Origin: Perkinsela sp. CCAP 1560/9
Taxonomy: Eukaryota; Protista; Euglenozoa: Kinetoplastea
Length of the DNA: 64,000 bases
Assembly (NCBI GenBank): GCA_965644495.1
Contig: CBFFSA010000003.1
Coordinates: forward strand, 496,001-560,000
Direction: 5' to 3'
The notes below the pieces were generated by a model. That model did no database searches. It saw only the letters and a program-made list of their open reading frames with translations, and was not told the DNA's origin. Shown here piece after piece: positions 63,030 through 64,000 of this stretch (the stretch's first letter is position 1; every line of letters begins with the position of its first letter). Position numbers and translations under genes: made by a program.

Positions 63030-64000
63030 ATGCCCCTTCCCTCCACATTCTTCTTCTTCTTCTTCTTCTCCCTTATCACTTTCACCCCTCCCCCCTCCCT
63101 CGCGGCCAGCCGTGCCCCCACCCGTGTCCAGTGCGGCCGCGACTTCACCTGCAGCCGTTACTTCCCCATATGCTGCGGCACCGAGGAGCCCAACAGCCAG
63201 CCCTACTGCCTTCGCGGGGGCTACTTCTGCTGTGACCACACCGGGGGCTCCGCGCGCCTGGGGTGTCCCCTCGGCACGAGCTGCTGTATCGCCACCGACG
63301 GCAGCGATCGCTCCTGTTGCGGTCCCGGGGAGAGCTGCACGGGCGCGGGGCGCTGTGTCGGGGACAACTGCACGGTGTGGGGGGACCCGAAGGCTTGTGT
63401 GGCCCACCGACATTGTGGGTGGTGCTGTGCCACGGGAAAGTGTCAAGCCAGGGGGAATGAAACGAGCTGTGGGGGAAAGTTTTTGGTGGCAGAGGGTACG
63501 GAGGAGGGGAAGGAGGAGAGTGGGGGGCGTACATTGCTCGTCAATGAATGCCCCGATCGCTGTACGTTTTATCATAACTGTACCTCCTGCCGTGCGGAGG
63601 GGTGTGAGTGGTGTTGTAGCCAGGCGAGATGTGGGTCGCCCGGGCGCACGGGGTGCTCCCCGTTTAGTATTCCACAAGGTGACACTTCGTGTAGTGTGTG
63701 CGAGCGAAATGGCAAGGGGGTTGTGGTCGTACGCCGCGATTCTCCTACCCCGAGCTCGTTTTGGTGGTTTGTGACGCTAGTGGCCATGTTTTGGCTATTT
63801 CATTCGCTTGCGGGGCTGTTCTTGTCACGATTTTTACGACGTCGATTGATAAGAAGGTGGTGGGAGAATGACAACGGGCCGTCCGATCCAGGAGGCGAAC
63901 ACGAGCCCTCTGTCGTGGATTTTTCAGATCATCCGAATCCATCCTCTCGGCTGGACCTCAGCGCGACGTTTGCCAAGGAATACGGTGCGACGCCTCCCTT
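63030..64000 (+). CDS. Cys-rich type I membrane protein with signal peptide and PSI-like repeats (3' partial; absent from the ORF track)
   Basis: Manual translation from ATG 63030 is open to the window end: MPLPSTFFFFFFFSLITF signal, CC-rich domain, CVAHRHCGWCCATGKC and CTSCRAEGCEWCCSQARC, TM FWWFVTLVAMFWLFHSLAGLFL followed by RRRLIRR. Confidence 0.8.
   Translation, partial: MPLPSTFFFFFFFSLITFTPPPSLAASRAPTRVQCGRDFTCSRYFPICCGTEEPNSQPYCLRGGYFCCDHTGGSARLGCPLGTSCCIATDGSDRSCCGPGESCTGAGRCVGDNCTVWGDPKACVAHRHCGWCCATGKCQARGNETSCGGKFLVAEGTEEGKEESGGRTLLVNECPDRCTFYHNCTSCRAEGCEWCCSQARCGSPGRTGCSPFSIPQGDTSCSVCERNGKGVVVVRRDSPTPSSFWWFVTLVAMFWLFHSLAGLFLSRFLRRRLIRRWWENDNGPSDPGGEHEPSVVDFSDHPNPSSRLDLSATFAKEYGATPP

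Noticed and set aside
62985-63774. Track ORFs 63112-63774 (+) and 62985-63677 (-)
   Set aside because: Alternative frames of GC-rich DNA; the frame from ATG 63030 gives a coherent signal peptide/Cys-rich/TM protein
1-64000. tRNA, rRNA, spliced-leader or snoRNA genes
   Set aside because: No cloverleaf, rRNA or SL signature found by eye; divergent snoRNAs cannot be excluded without a covariance search

Overview
Eukaryotic nuclear DNA, most likely from a divergent kinetoplastid (Perkinsela-like compact genome; this is an inference). About 31 intron-less protein genes all lie on the + strand with short AT-rich spacers, as expected for one polycistronic transcription unit. Lineage markers include two U1-zinc-finger/RNase III RNA-editing-endonuclease-like genes, a PPR protein, an extended mitoribosomal uS17m and a 1-C-Grx1-type glutaredoxin. 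Housekeeping genes include Mago, Prp16, a kinesin, PIG-P, GRP94, Vps53, a GBF1-type Sec7 GEF, MCM10, TrpRS, ERO1, CNOT10, RPC2, C1D/Rrp47 and a SWSAP1-like ATPase, plus four tandem SV2-like MFS transporters and two tandem RRM-RS proteins. Accessory DNA comprises a decayed Tc1/IS630-type (DD35E) transposon with long inverted ends and a nested fold-back minisatellite, and at least one further TA-flanked non-autonomous element. The most striking unexplained signal is six (possibly seven) ~0.7-1 kb GC-rich islands. Each switches sharply from C(A)-rich to G(T)-rich on the + strand. They are written into synonymous codon positions of conserved genes and absent from adjacent paralogs. They are candidate internal bidirectional Pol II initiation sites, replication origins or recombination hotspots. 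A signal-peptide, Cys-rich/PSI-like type I membrane protein at the right edge is missing from the ORF track. All product calls come from motif recognition by eye; no database searches were run.
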